This document shows, piece by piece, positions 36,888 to 52,912 of a stretch of 64,000 nucleotides of DNA (position 1 is the first letter of the stretch; the number at the start of each line of letters is the position of its first letter). Made by a program: the position numbers and the translations under genes. This stretch comes from Octopus vulgaris. Its lineage: Eukaryota. Location of the stretch: positions 48,732,001-48,796,000 of the forward strand of contig OX597821.1 of the NCBI GenBank assembly GCA_951406725.2, read 5' to 3'. A model generated the notes under the pieces. It was not told the DNA's origin. It saw only the letters and a program-made list of their open reading frames with translations, and made no database searches.

Positions 36888-37989
36888 CTGTAAATAAGAA
36901 ATAGTTTACTATTAAATACTGCAATCGTTTAATCATTGAACATTCATTGACTTTGAGATCTAAAACATTACAATACTATACAGATAACACAAAGTGTATA
37001 TATGAAAAACTAGAAAAGATTCTACACAACAACCACATCTTCCAGCCAAATGAAGCATCTATATTCCCCCCCATTCCTACATACAGTGGTCACTCAACTT
37101 GCTAAATCAGCATCATCATTAACCAAAATCAGTCCAGAGTGGGATGGTGAGGAATTTCAAAAATTTTCAAAACCTTTTTTTTGAAAGACTGGTGAAATAA
37201 AAACATGGGTAAGATCCCTGTGAAAATGGAGTAGTTCCAGCTTATTTGGTCTTCCTGATCCCAAACTCCTCTCCCCATCCCCTCAGAAAAAATTTTCCCC
37301 ACAAATTTTTTTTATAATCGTAATCTATGCTGTTTGAAAGGTATTTATATCAAACTTCATTAAGAGATATCCATTTTCCTGAAAGTTATGCAGGGAAGAA
37401 GTTGGATCACGTGAATTTTCCTATCCCCTCAAAAACATTCGTTCCCATAAATTCCTATATACTCTGAATCCTCAGCATCTAAGCAGTATTTGTTGAAAGT
37501 TTTGCTAAAAAGTATTCATTTTTCTGGAAGTTATGAGACAAACAATTTAGTGGGGTACACATCTGTAGTTATGCCAACAAAAGACTATCCAGTGTTCAGA
37601 GTAAAGGGCAATAACTCCAGGTTTTACAGCTTAAATTTGTGGAAACAACCCCACCCACCCAAAACGCGTATTATGGGAACCTGTAGTCCGATTTACATGA
37701 AACTTGTTTTATTCCATTTGTATTCACATTTCAGGGGTTCTTTACTTTCAGAGTATTTTCCCATTATGCACCAGTTTGACTGTATTAAATGACAGACAAG
37801 CAAGCAATCAGAGTTTTAATAGTATATAGACGTATATTTTACATCTACCCTTACTATTTATCATAACTGTAAGTACATTTTACAATTAATGTATATTTTT
37901 ATCTATTAGTAATAATTATCAACTAATTTTCTAATCGTAATTGATTTAAAAATTTTTAAGAATTTCAGCACAATAAAACAAAAGCAAAT

Positions 37990-38770
37990 GTCACTGAATA
38001 ATTACTTTGAATAGGAGAAAGACCCATCAATGAGACACCAGAAGGGTTGCAGAGTGCACACAAAAAGAAAATACAAAGTGTCATACATAAAATACGAGTT
38101 CATCACAACAGGTGATTCACATGCTCTACAACTATTCTGTATAATATGTGGTGACCAATTAGCTAATGAAGCCAATGAAACCCTCAAAATTATTTCACCA
38201 CAAGGAGAGCAAGCACTCTGCATTAAAAACAAGCCCCTGGAATTTTTTGAAAGCAAATATGTGAACATGAAGGACAGAAGCAATTATTAAAAAAGCACCA
38301 CTTCAACAAATGTTTCTGCACTGAGAGCATCATTCTTAATAGCTGACTGAATTGCTAAAGCTAAAAAACCCTTCACTATTGGTGAAGAGTTGATTTTGCC
38401 TGCTACTAAGAACATTTGCAGTGAACTTTTCAGAGAGGAAGCAGCTAAAACGGTTGCAAACGTTCCTCTTTCGATTAGCACCCATAACAAGGCGAATTAA
38501 TGAAGTAGCAGAGGATATCAAGGGACACTTGTTAGAGAGGATTAATAAGTTGCCGTGGTACACAATTCAGGTAGATGAATCTACTGGTGTTGACAACAAG
38601 GCAATATTGCTTGTTTTTGTGTGATATATTTTTCAGGAAGATGTGCACGAGGATTTGTAATGTGTATTGTTTTTGCCAACTAACACCACACCCAGAACTA
38701 TACAAATCCTTGAACGATTACATATCAGAAAGACTTAATTGGTCATTTCGTGTCGATGTATGCACAGACC
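37990..38770 (+). mobile_element. hAT (Buster/Charlie, ZBED5-like) transposase fragment
   Basis: BED-like CIICGDQLANEA, then IAKAKKPFTIGEELILPA, TRRINEVAEDI and IQVDESTG. Frameshifted. Possible left TIR cagtggtcactcaac at 37084. Confidence 0.88.
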
Positions 38771-39008
38771 TTCCTCCCTCCCTCCCTCAGATAAAGCGAT
38801 CTGAGTTCGATTTCTAAGAGGTTTTGCAATTGATAAAAACTGCTACTACAAAGGTTTATAAATTTGCTCAGAAGAAACAAATGCAAAATATATTATAATA
38901 TAGGGGAAGTAACTGAGGAATTACTTTAAGAAAATAAAAATTTTGGTTAAAATGTGATGAGTTAATGATGGAGTAAAAGTAATTGAAATATCAAACAATT
39001 TTCTTTAG

Positions 39009-39416
39009 TACATTATTTACATTTGACGGATATTTGTCCGCATCTTGTTTATTGTTGACACGTTTCGGCTGATATTCCCTCCAGCCTTCATCGGGTGTCT
39101 TGGGGAAATTTCGAATCTGGATTATTATTATCATTATTATTATTATTATTATTCAGGTCACTGCCTGGAATCGAACTCAGAATCTACGTAGTGGTTAAGA
39201 GTGTGGGCTACAAACCCCAAGATTCTGAGTCCAATTCCAGGCAGTAACATCGAAATATACCTTAGGAATGAGAACCCAAGTTTGAAATTTCCCCAAGACA
39301 CCTGATGAAGGCTGGAGGGGAATTAACCCGAAACGTTGGGTTAACAACAAACAAGATGAGGACAAATATCCGTCAAATGTAAATAATGTACATAATTCCT
39401 CATCTCTTAACTATAG
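39009..39416 (+). mobile_element. Palindromic tRNA-head plus hammerhead retroelement with 12-bp TSD
   Basis: aattttctttag at 38997-39008 and 39417-39428. ~110-bp outer inverted arms each carry a hammerhead motif. Central tRNA-like head (tagtggttaagag...gagtccaattcc) with an inverted partial copy. Confidence 0.8.
39297..39342 (+). ncRNA. Minimal hammerhead motif (partly decayed)
   Basis: GACAC-CUGAUGA-aggcug...aaccc-GAAAC-GUU^ggguu, with palindromic AACGUU in place of stem III. The inverted copy (39055-39099) has an intact stem II but a CCGAUGA core. Confidence 0.62.
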
Positions 39417-39545
39417 AATTTTCTTTAGGTAAAGCAATTTATGATTGCTGCCTTCCTCTTCAACTTTTGATCTATTTTTGGAAAATGTTTGTTAATTTTA
39501 AATTTCTAAATATCTGAGAGAGATATAAGCAGTGGTGGTACAATA

Positions 39546-39808
39546 GAGCGGTTGTATACTGTCAACTTAACGTGACAGTCCCATAAAGGGAATCACACCA
39601 CTGCTATTTAGCCCTAGGAAGCATCAACGCTTCCTGTCGGCTTTGACACATTTCCTGGATGGGGGTGCTTGTCTCCTCCTTGTAAACATAAGGACACAGG
39701 AAATGTGTCAAGGCCGACCAGAAGCATCAATGCTTCCCAGGGCTAAATAGCGGTGGTGTGATTCCCTTTATGGGACTGTCACGTTACGTTGACAGTATAC
39801 AACTGCTC
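39546..39808. mobile_element. Fold-back MITE with ~110-bp arms
   Basis: gagcggttgtatactgtcaac...acacatttcctg is mirrored by caggaaatgtgt...gttgacagtatacaactgctc. Confidence 0.8.
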
Positions 39809-39869
39809 CGTTTGTTAATTTTTCAAATAAATATCTATATTTTTGAAAACTAAGACATCGGTCCTCTCA

Positions 39870-40500
39870 AGAAAATCTTCCCAGTGCATTCTACATGTTA
39901 GTGAAATATCACTGAGACAAATGGAGAAGTTTAAGTAGCTCAGGGATGTATTCATGAGTGATGGGAATCAGGCAGCCAAATTGGATGCTAGAATTGCACG
40001 TACTGGTACAGTAATATGCCAGCTCCCACAGTCAGTCCTCAGAAGAAGAGAGGTTGGTAAAAAAGGTAATGCTCATGAATATTGAGAAATGAGTGAAAGA
40101 GCAACACCACTAATACAATCAAGCGGAATGGAGTCCCTCTGCAAGATCTCTGAAGTAACATTACTCGATAGGGTGCATAGCTTGGAGATCAGGGAGTCTC
40201 TCTAGTTTGAGCTGCTACTTCTCTGCACTAAGAAGTCACAGCTTCAATATTATGGACATGTGATTAGAATGTCACAGGAAAGAACTTCAAGAAATTCTTC
40301 AAGTCAAGCCAGTTGGCAAGATGCCTAGGGGTAGACCTAGAATGAAATGGTAGGTTAATATCCATAGATCCAGCTGGCCATACTTAGGAATCCAACTAGA
40401 AAGTGTAATGATGGTTGCTTCTGACAGGACACTATGCCTAAGGAATTTACCCCCAACAATCCTTCCGGGAATAGTTGGCAGGAAAAAGTAGATGAGTGGA
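39870..40500 (+). mobile_element. Old RTE-like LINE ORF2 3' remnant
   Basis: LQYYGHVIRMSQER and PRGRPRMKW remnants. Confidence 0.6.
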
Positions 40501-41263
40501 TGGATGTTTTCAAAATGTGTAGTCAAAGTTGAAAACAGCTTGGATGGTTACACGGTTAAGAAGTAGCCAACCTTAGGGTTCAGGGTTCTATCATACAGAT
40601 CAGTAGATTGATGCTAACATAGAAGACACTTCTCTGAAGTCAAACAATTTTTTGTGATTGAAATTGGTAAAAGGAAACTGTATAGAAGCCCATCATATGA
40701 AGAGGAAATACAAGACATCAATCGTGTACTATGATAGAGACTCATTATCAGAAATGTAATGGACCAGTGATTTGTTGTCGACTGTAAACCTGTAAAACAA
40801 TGTTGCTTCACCATTTGTGATATATAATAAAATTATGGAGATTGACTTCTCTCATTAGAACATAGGAACAACTGTGAGGAAAAAAAAACGTTTCTAGGAA
40901 TTTTTTTTCACTTTTATTTTCAGCATCAGTTTTGAATTTATTAGAAATATTTTAGTTAATACTGAGGTTGGTTATGTCCTAAGCAGAAACAACATAATGC
41001 CAAAATAAAGGTTTACCCCTCCAAGCTAGTATTCTCTGCCCAGTAAGATTTACCAAACATCAGCCCTATTTCTCCCATCTTATTTACTGCAAATAGTTGA
41101 CAAGGGGTTTTTGATGATACTTTAATTGAGAATTCTGTTGTGTCTGGGGAGAGTCATTTTCTCTCCAAATCCAAAAACGAAATATAATTGAGAAATTAAA
41201 AGGCAAAAACTGTCAATGAGATAAAGATGTTAAAAAACCTCAAAGCTTTATAAAGGTATAGCT

Positions 41264-41347
41264 CAATGGTTCCCAATTCTTTTATTTAAATGAATTTTCC
41301 ACAGACCCCTTTTAATATTCTTATCCTTCTGTGTGTATGTATGTATG

Positions 41348-41378
<31 letters not shown>

Positions 41379-41434
41379 TTGAATTTAGTTAACAGACCAC
41401 CAGGAGTCTGTGGACCCCAGATTGGGAACTACTG
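41264..41434. mobile_element. hAT-type MITE with 8-bp TSD
   Basis: TIRs caatggttcccaat and attgggaactactg. gtatagct at 41256-41263 and 41435-41442. Confidence 0.88.
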
Positions 41435-41518
41435 GTATAGCTTGTGGAAATATTCCTTAACAAAATCAGTAACGTTTTCTTTCTTTCCTTACACACATAA
41501 CACACATCATAATAATAC

Positions 41519-41570
41519 CTTGTTCGTATGGATGGTCTTTGGTTGAAATATAAACAGCAGGCCGCCGTAC
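41519..41570 (-). CDS. DDA1: DDA1 exon 3
   Basis: ttcacag/gtatt boundaries, 52 nt, reading VRRPAVYISTKDHPYEQ (compare NRRPSVYLPTREYPSEQ). Confidence 0.93.
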
Positions 41571-42070
41571 CTGTGAAGAAAGCATAGAGAATATAAAATT
41601 AGTCACTAATTGAATGATATTAATTAACCAACAATGGAGGATATTAATTAATCAACAATGGAATATACTTCTAGGTTAGGAAAATGATTAGGTAAAGTGT
41701 TCAATGGAAGGTTTACACTGGAGTGAAACCTGATGTGATGTTTCATTGATGCCAACATAGAAATTAATGGTATCGGGATGGAGCTGTTGCATGGAAAGAA
41801 TTTCAACAGAATAAAGATTAAACATGTTGGGAGGGTGAGAAATGGGATTAGGGTTGATATCTAAAAATATAGTATGCCTTCAATCAGTTCAATTGTGATT
41901 ATCTTGGTCCAGCTAATGCAAATTCTTGTTATAAAGCCACATCTCAATTTATAGACACCAAATCACCAAGGTCTAACACAAGCTGGCCCTCTGGCTATCT
42001 TTAACAGTGTCCTAAACTTCCAGCTAAGAATAATTCCTTTCTTCCATTATTCTCATTGGGAATTTCCCTC

Positions 42071-42650
42071 CATCATCATCATCATCATTTAGCGTCCGTT
42101 TTCCATGCTAGCATGGGTTGGACGGTTCAACTGGGGTCTGTGAAGCCGGAAGGCTTCATCAGGCCCAGTCAGATCTGGCAGTGTTTCTACGGCTGGATGC
42201 CCTTCCTAATGCCAACCACTCCGTGAGTGTAGTGGGTGCTTTTTTCGTGCCACCCGCACAGGTGCCAGACAGAGCTGGCAAACGGCAACGAACGGATGGT
42301 GCTTTTACGTGCCACCGGCACGGGGCCAGGCGAGGCTGGCAACGGACACGAGTGGATGGTGCTTTTACGTGCCACCAGCACGGGGGCCAGGCGAGGCTGG
42401 CAACGGACACGAACGGATGGTGCTTTTTACGTGCCACCGGCACGAGGCCAGTCGGGGCGGCGCTGGCAATGGTCACGAACGGATGGTTCTCTTATGTGCC
42501 ACTGGCACTGGTAACTCAGCTGCAATTGCCATTGATCGATTTCGATTCTGATCCTCACTTGCCTCAACAGGTCTTCATAAGTAGAGTTTTGTGTCCCAAG
42601 AAGGGAAGGTATGCATACGTAGGCTGGCTCCATCCCATGTAGAAGGCCAC
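42071..42650 (-). mobile_element. RTE-LINE 3' UTR with internal ~60-bp repeats and (GAT)n tail
   Basis: Repeated ggatggtgcttttacgtgccaccggcacg units. Homologous to 51533-52140. Confidence 0.8.
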
Positions 42651-44289
42651 AAAAAAATAAACAAATAATCAACAGTATGACTGAAAATTGAAGCAGGTTT
42701 CATGATTGTCAAAAATCAACTAAGCCATACTTTTACAAAACATCTTCAAATGAATGACAAGACAATTGTAAAAGAACAGCCATAAAAGAGAGAGAGAGAG
42801 AGTGAGTGCACGTGAACAGACAGACAGACAGACAGACACAGGCATGACTGATAAGTTTGCTTCCCAATTACATAGTTCCAGGTTCAATCCCACTGTATAA
42901 CATCTTGAGCAAGTGTCTTCAACCAGAGCCACAGGCTGGTCAGAGCTTTGTGAGTGTATTTGGTAGATGGATGGAAACTGAAAGAAGACTGTCGTGTATG
43001 TCTGTGTGTGTTACTGTCTTCTTGCCTTGAAACCATGACAGTTGTAAACAAGTGTCAGAGCCATGCAAGTAGTGTCCTTCATTTCCAGTTTTCCATGAAA
43101 ATATGTCTGGACATAGAGAAGTATCACCTTGCTTGAAACAGGTGGGAGTTGGTGACAAGAAGAGCATCTAGCCATGGAAAATCTGCATCAACAAATTCCA
43201 TCTGACACATGCAAGCATGGAAAAGGGCTCATGAAAATGATGAAGGGTTCAGTTAGTTTCACTGGGTATTTCAAAAACTCTACTGGTCTCAATCTGGAAG
43301 ACAGTCTCTAGACCACAAACTTAGGTGGATGGAGTGGACATTTAACATTAAATATACTTCTCAACCTTGTCAGATAAGGCCTGCTGAAAATTTATATTTG
43401 GGGTTAGATCAATAGCAGAAATGATGAAAGGATGATAAATTTATATCTATGAAAACTAAGATAAGACATCAGATTTCAGTCTTTATTTGTACCAAAATGC
43501 AATGAAACCATTAGTCAATAGTTAAAAGGTTTGGTGTATGTGTATTTACACTGTCCACTATCTATGTATACATATGAACCATAAATGAACAATATTAATA
43601 TGTATATATGCACTATATTTGTACAAAAACTTTACCATATGGTCTTGTACGATCTGGACATTGGTGTAGAGCTCATCTTCAACAAATTATAGGTTATATG
43701 AATATATTGATTAGGAGTATACAGTATATCAATTATGTGTATACAACATATTGATTATATGTTTACTATGTATCATATGTATTGATTATATATTTACAAC
43801 ATCTATGTATACAAAAAACCTGACTTCAGTACCACTCATAGTCGTGCAGCAGGGACTTTGATAGCAATGGCAGCTGGGTGTATGACCTGGCAGATCCAAG
43901 AAAGCTATAAAGATGCTGAACCAACAGAAGGACTGTCTTGCTGAAACAGAAAAGTAGTCTATTCACCAGCGGTTGGAAGACAGCGGAATTGAAAGTGGGT
44001 TGGCATCATTTGTAAGCTAAAAGAACACAAGGAAAATAGACTCGGTATCCTGTTGATCACTTAGCCTGTTCCACAGTAGCAGAGTGAAATCTGTGTGACC
44101 TAAAGTTAAGAATCTCAGATGCCCATAGGCCACCAAGGAACCAGATAACAAACCTTGCTATATGTACCTACAAATACAGGTGGAGGAGAAAAGGAAGATC
44201 AAATGCAAAATGCTAAGATTCTACAAAACATGTTGAAGGAAATATATAAATACAAGATGGACAGATGAAACAAGGCTCATTGTAAGCAA

Positions 44290-44695
44290 ACAATGGTTTC
44301 AAAAATCATCTCTTGCAAATTGTCTTCATCACAGACAGGAGTGCATTCATCTCTCAAGAAATATCACCCTCAATACCATACATACCACAAGTGCTAGCAA
44401 AATAAGGAAATGGAAGAATTCCACCAAGAGCTAGAGGAAACACTTACACAGTAGTGATGGGAGATGTCAAAACAAAGGTTGGGAAGGAGCTGTAGGGGAA
44501 AGAAATATATTGGAAAGTTTGAATCAGGAGAGAAATATGAAAGAGGAGAATGTTGTTCAGCAAGGTAGAGGTGTATAAGCTTTACACTGGGAACAGCCTG
44601 TTTAGGAAGTAATTTGAAAAGAGGTGGACCTGGACAACCCCAAACTCTCAGCACAAAAATTAGATTGACTACATCCTAGTCAACAAACAACATAC
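44290..44695 (+). mobile_element. Decayed LINE AP-endonuclease fragment (RTE-like)
   Basis: VVMGDVKTKVG, WTWTTPN and IDYILV remnants. Confidence 0.6.
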
Positions 44696-44699
44696 TGTG

Positions 44700-45290
44700 A
44701 GAAAGTTGAGCAGAGAATTTGCATCAAATTTTGCCTAAAGCTTGGCAATACCTGCTCAGAGGCCTATGCAAAGTTTTCATTGTTCTCGACACAATCAAGG
44801 AGACCTTGTGCAACTGAACCCTGAGTGTCCTTTTGGTCAGCTGAAAGCAGTTTTGGCACAAACTAGGCAGACACGTGTCTCATACCCAAATCTTCAGTAG
44901 TAAAGGACTGGACTGAACCATAACTAATCTGCACATCCTCTGATAATTCATGGATGGTGATTCAATGACTTCCCTCACAGCTACATGCACATTTGTGATG
45001 TTTTTCTCAGTTCCGCTGGTTGTGGGTCTCCCAGAATGTTCATCAAAATCAACATTTTTTCAGCCACCTTGGAAACGTTTGAATGACTCGTACACTTGTG
45101 TGCGGCTCATACACTCCTCTCCATACACTTTCTGCAACTTTGCATAGGCCTCTGAGCAGGTATTGCCATGATAACTGTCTCTGTCATGGTTAATGTGACA
45201 ATCACATGCTACACACCTTCCCTTCTAAGCACTGCTGTAAACAGCAAAAGTGAGCTAGAACGTTAAAACTTAGTGCCCATGCACTAAGTG
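44700..45290 (-). mobile_element. Rearranged mariner transposase 5' fragment
   Basis: Minus strand: AYAKLQKVYGEECMSRTQVYESFKRF...SGRPTT...FVPKLLS. The N-terminal EQRICIKFCLKLG is on the plus strand at 44701-44775. Confidence 0.8.
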
Positions 45291-45304
45291 TTTTATATAT
45301 ATAT

Positions 45305-46400
45305 GAACAGCTTTTAGGGCCTGGAAAGACGTTGGCCCTCTGACCTCATGCAGTAGTAGACAAAGGTAGAAGCACTCTTGTTGAGTGGGATGCACTGTGT
45401 ATACTCGCCCAGGGCAAGTGTGAAACTTAATGCCAGGGTATCCATGAACATTTTGACCTGCTTTCCGTGGGGCCCATTTTTTTTCCTATCCAAGTGTAGT
45501 ACGATGGAATCTGTGGATACAGCAAGGTTTGAACGAATGGATCCACTTGACAAAGCTTGAAGAATGCAGTGAGTGTGCTATCCCTTGGTTCCTCTGCCAA
45601 CAGAGAAGCATTAGCATCGGTGAAGTACACTCTTTGACCATTTTCCAGGTGCACTGCAAGCTGTTGAATGGCGGGGTGTCGTTGGTGAATTGGAAATCCA
45701 AAGATGCGCCAGAAAACCTCATTGCTACTTATGTACCGTCCCACCTGATAATGCGTCACCTCATCCTGGCAGTATTCTTGCTGAAATCCAAACATTGCAG
45801 CGTCAGAACCCTTGTTTACATATTTGCAAACGTACTTGATGGATTTAACGGAGTTGCAAAACTCAACGTTGATGTGGGCATTGAAAGTCTTTGACAGGAG
45901 TGGGCAGTATGGAACAATCCATCTATTATCAATATCATGCTGTCCGATAGTTGCTATGAAACCTCCGTCTTCTGGTTTTCTGCGTCTGTATGATGGATAC
46001 CCATCAGCACCTGTCTGAGTTTCTTGTAGGAACCTCCTTGGAAATCTTTTTGAACATATGCTGTCCTTCAAGCATGGTGAGTTTATGTTGAATCCATGCC
46101 ATGTACCATGTTTGCTTTAACTATTTCGTATAGTTCTTTGTCTAAAGCTGGATCAGGAAGCTCTGCAGAGATTATGTTGTCGATGTCATTGGAATTGATC
46201 TTCGCTGAGAGCCAAAGCAGGATATGAGCATGTGGAAGGCCCTTTTTTTGCCAGTCGATTGTGTACATGTCACATTGTATGGGCCCAAAGACTTGCCCTT
46301 TTTGTATGAGTTCCATGAGAGAGATTAACTTCAGATGGAAAACTCGGGCGTTGAGATTCCGGTTCGAACGTAAGGCAGGTTTGAAAGTGTTCCCAACAGT
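45305..46400 (-). mobile_element. Helitron RepHel fragment (HUH Rep domain)
   Basis: WQKKGLPHAHILLWL (HUH), MVHG, CSKRFPR, DGYPSYRRR, DNRWIVPYCPLLSKTFNAHINVEFC, SIKYVCKYVNKGSD, RVYTVHP. Frameshifted. Helitron-type 5' end TCTTTATATATAAAACTG at 47620. Confidence 0.95.
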
Positions 46401-46924
46401 TATTAGTTGTAGTGGTAGAGTGTTTATGCCGAATATATACGTATGCATGTATATATATATGTATGTATGCCTGTATATATGTACAAAATCCACTGAGAAG
46501 GCTTTTGTCGGTCTGAGGCTACAGCAGAAGACACATGCCAAGTCACCACACAGTGGACTGAACCCAGGACCATGTGTTTGGAACGTAGTTTGTTACCACA
46601 CAGCCACACCTGCCCCTATGTATGTGTGTGTGTGTGTATGGGTAGATATATTATGCATGTATATATGTGTATATATATGTGTACATATTACATGTACATC
46701 TATATATACATCTACACATAAAATACAAAATACAAAGTTATATCTTGATATCGCTAGTGATAACAATACTCAAAGTATATAACAGACTGGAATTGTAGGC
46801 CCGTCTCTTGCAATTTCGATCAATTAGATCTTGTCCTCCCTCTTGTATAGAAGTGTAGGGCTGCAGCAAATTTCATCTTTGGACTTTCTTCTATTGAAGG
46901 TATTTTAACAAAAATGCTTCTGTA

Positions 46925-50756
<3,832 letters not shown>

Positions 50757-50783
50757 CATATATATATATATATACACACATAT

Positions 50784-51378
50784 ATCATCATCATCATCAT
50801 CATTTAGCTTCCGTTCTCCATGCTAGCATGGGTTGGACGGTTCAACTGGGATCTGTGAAGCTGGAAGGCTTCATCAGGCCCAGTCAGATCTGGCAGTGTT
50901 TCTATGGCTGGATGCCCTTCCTAACGCCAACCACTCCGTGAGTGTAGTGGGTGCTTTTTATGTGCCACCCGCACAGGTGCCAGACAGAGCTGGCAAACGG
51001 CCACGAACGGATGGTGCTTTTACGTGTTACCGGCACGGGGGCCAGGCAAGGCTGGCAGCGGACACGAACGGATGGTGCTTTTACGTGCCACCAACACGGG
51101 GCCAGACAGAGCTGGCAAACGGCCACGAAACGGATGGTGCTTTTACGTGTCACCGGCACGGGGGCCAGGCGAGGCTGGCAATGGACACGACTGGATGGTG
51201 CTTTTACGTGCCACCAACACGGGGCCCAGACAGAGCTGGCAAACAGCCACGAAACGGATGGTGCTTTTACGTGTCACCGGCACGGGGGCCTGGCGAGGCT
51301 GGCAACGGACACGAATGGATGGTGCTTTTACATGCCACCGACACGGGGGCCAGACAGGGTTGGCAAACAGCCACGAAC
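50784..51378 (-). mobile_element. RTE-LINE 3' UTR with expanded internal minisatellite
   Basis: (CAT)n tail followed by ~7 alternating ~60-bp units. Confidence 0.8.
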
Positions 51379-51532
51379 CTTTCTAAGTTATTCTAAGTTA
51401 CATATATATATATACATACATACATACATACATATATATATATACATACATACATACATATATATATATATATACATACATACATACATATATATATATA
51501 TACATACATACATACATATATGTATATATATA

Positions 51533-52912
51533 TCATCATCGTTTAACGTCCGCTTTCCATGCTAGCATGGGCTGGACGATATTGACTGATGGCTGGCGAA
51601 CCAGATGGCTGCATCAGGCTCCAATCTTGATCCGGCAGAATTTCTACAGCTGGATGCCCTTCCTAACGCCAACCACTATGAGAGTGTAGTGGGTGCTCTT
51701 TACGTGCCACCGGCACGGGGGCCAGTCAGGCGGTACTGGCAATGATCTCGCTTGAATCTTTTTACACGTGCCACTAGCACAGGTGCCAGTGAAGCGACGT
51801 TGGTAACGATCACACTCGAATGGTGCCTTTTTACGTGCCACGTGTACGGAAGACAGTTGGCTGTTCTGGCAACAATCACGCTCGGATGGTGCTCTTGGCA
51901 CCCTATTAGCACAGGCACAAGTGCCAGTAAGGCGACACTGGTATCGATCATACTCGAATAGCCGCTCTGTCAACGATCACACTCGTATGGTGCCCTTTGC
52001 ACCCTGCTAGCATGGATGCCAATCATCGAATTGATTTTGATTTCACTTGCCTCAACAGGTCTTCGCAAGCAGAGTTTAGTGTCCAAAGAAGGAAAAGGTA
52101 TACATAAGCGGGCTGGTTACACTCCTGGCATAGGCCACAGGTTATGGTCTCATTTGGCTTGCCGGGTCTTCTCGAGCACAGCATATTTCCAAAAGTCTCG
52201 GTTGCTAGTCATTTCCTTGGTGAGGCCTAATGTTCGAAGGTCGTGCTTCACCACTTCATCCCAGGTCTTCCTGGGTCTACCTCTTCCGCAGGTTCCCTCA
52301 ACCGCAAGGATGTGGCACTTTTTCACACAGCTATCCTCATCCATTCTCGCCACATGACCATACCAGCGCAAACGTCTTTCTTGCACATCACATCTAATGC
52401 TTCTTAGGTTCAACTTTGCTCTCAAGGTACTTACACTCTGTCGAGTAAGCACACTGACATTACACATCCATCGGATCATACTGGCTTCATTCCTTGCGAG
52501 CTTACACATCTCCTCAGCAGTCACAGCCCATGTTTCACTGCTGTGTAGCATAGCTGTTCGTACACATGCATCATACAGTCTACTTTTACTCTGAGCGAGA
52601 GGCCCTTTGTCACCAGCAGAGGTAAGATCTCTCTGAACTTTGCCCAAGCTATTCTTATTCTAGCAGCTACACTTTCAGCGCACCGTCCTCCGCTACTGAC
52701 TTGGTCATCTAGATAATGGAAGCTATCAACTACTTCTAGTTTTTCTCCCTGGAATGTGGCAGAAGTTGGTCTCTGTGCGTTTTCAGTGTTTATCACTCCC
52801 GAGCATCTGCCACATACAAAAACTATCTTCCCAGTTAGCCTTCCTTTGATATTACTGCACCTCTTATGTGTCCATAGCTTACACTGGGTACATCTTATAG
52901 AGTTTCTCCACA
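51533..52912 (-). mobile_element. 5'-truncated RTE-clade LINE (RT end, C-terminus, 3' UTR, (GAT)n tail)
   Basis: LEVVDSFHYLDD, RIRIAWAKFRE, LYDACVRTAMLHSSETW, RRLRWYGHVARM, GRPRKTW. One frameshift noticed. Confidence 0.92.

Noticed and set aside
37990-38770. Domesticated ZBED5/SCAND3-like host gene
   Set aside because: Multiple stops and frameshifts, truncated, and located in a DDA1 intron.
42118-42672. ORFs with repeated peptides (also 50833-51565), and a possible CRISPR-like array
   Set aside because: These are minisatellite units in an RTE 3' UTR. The 'spacers' are themselves repeats and the context is eukaryotic.
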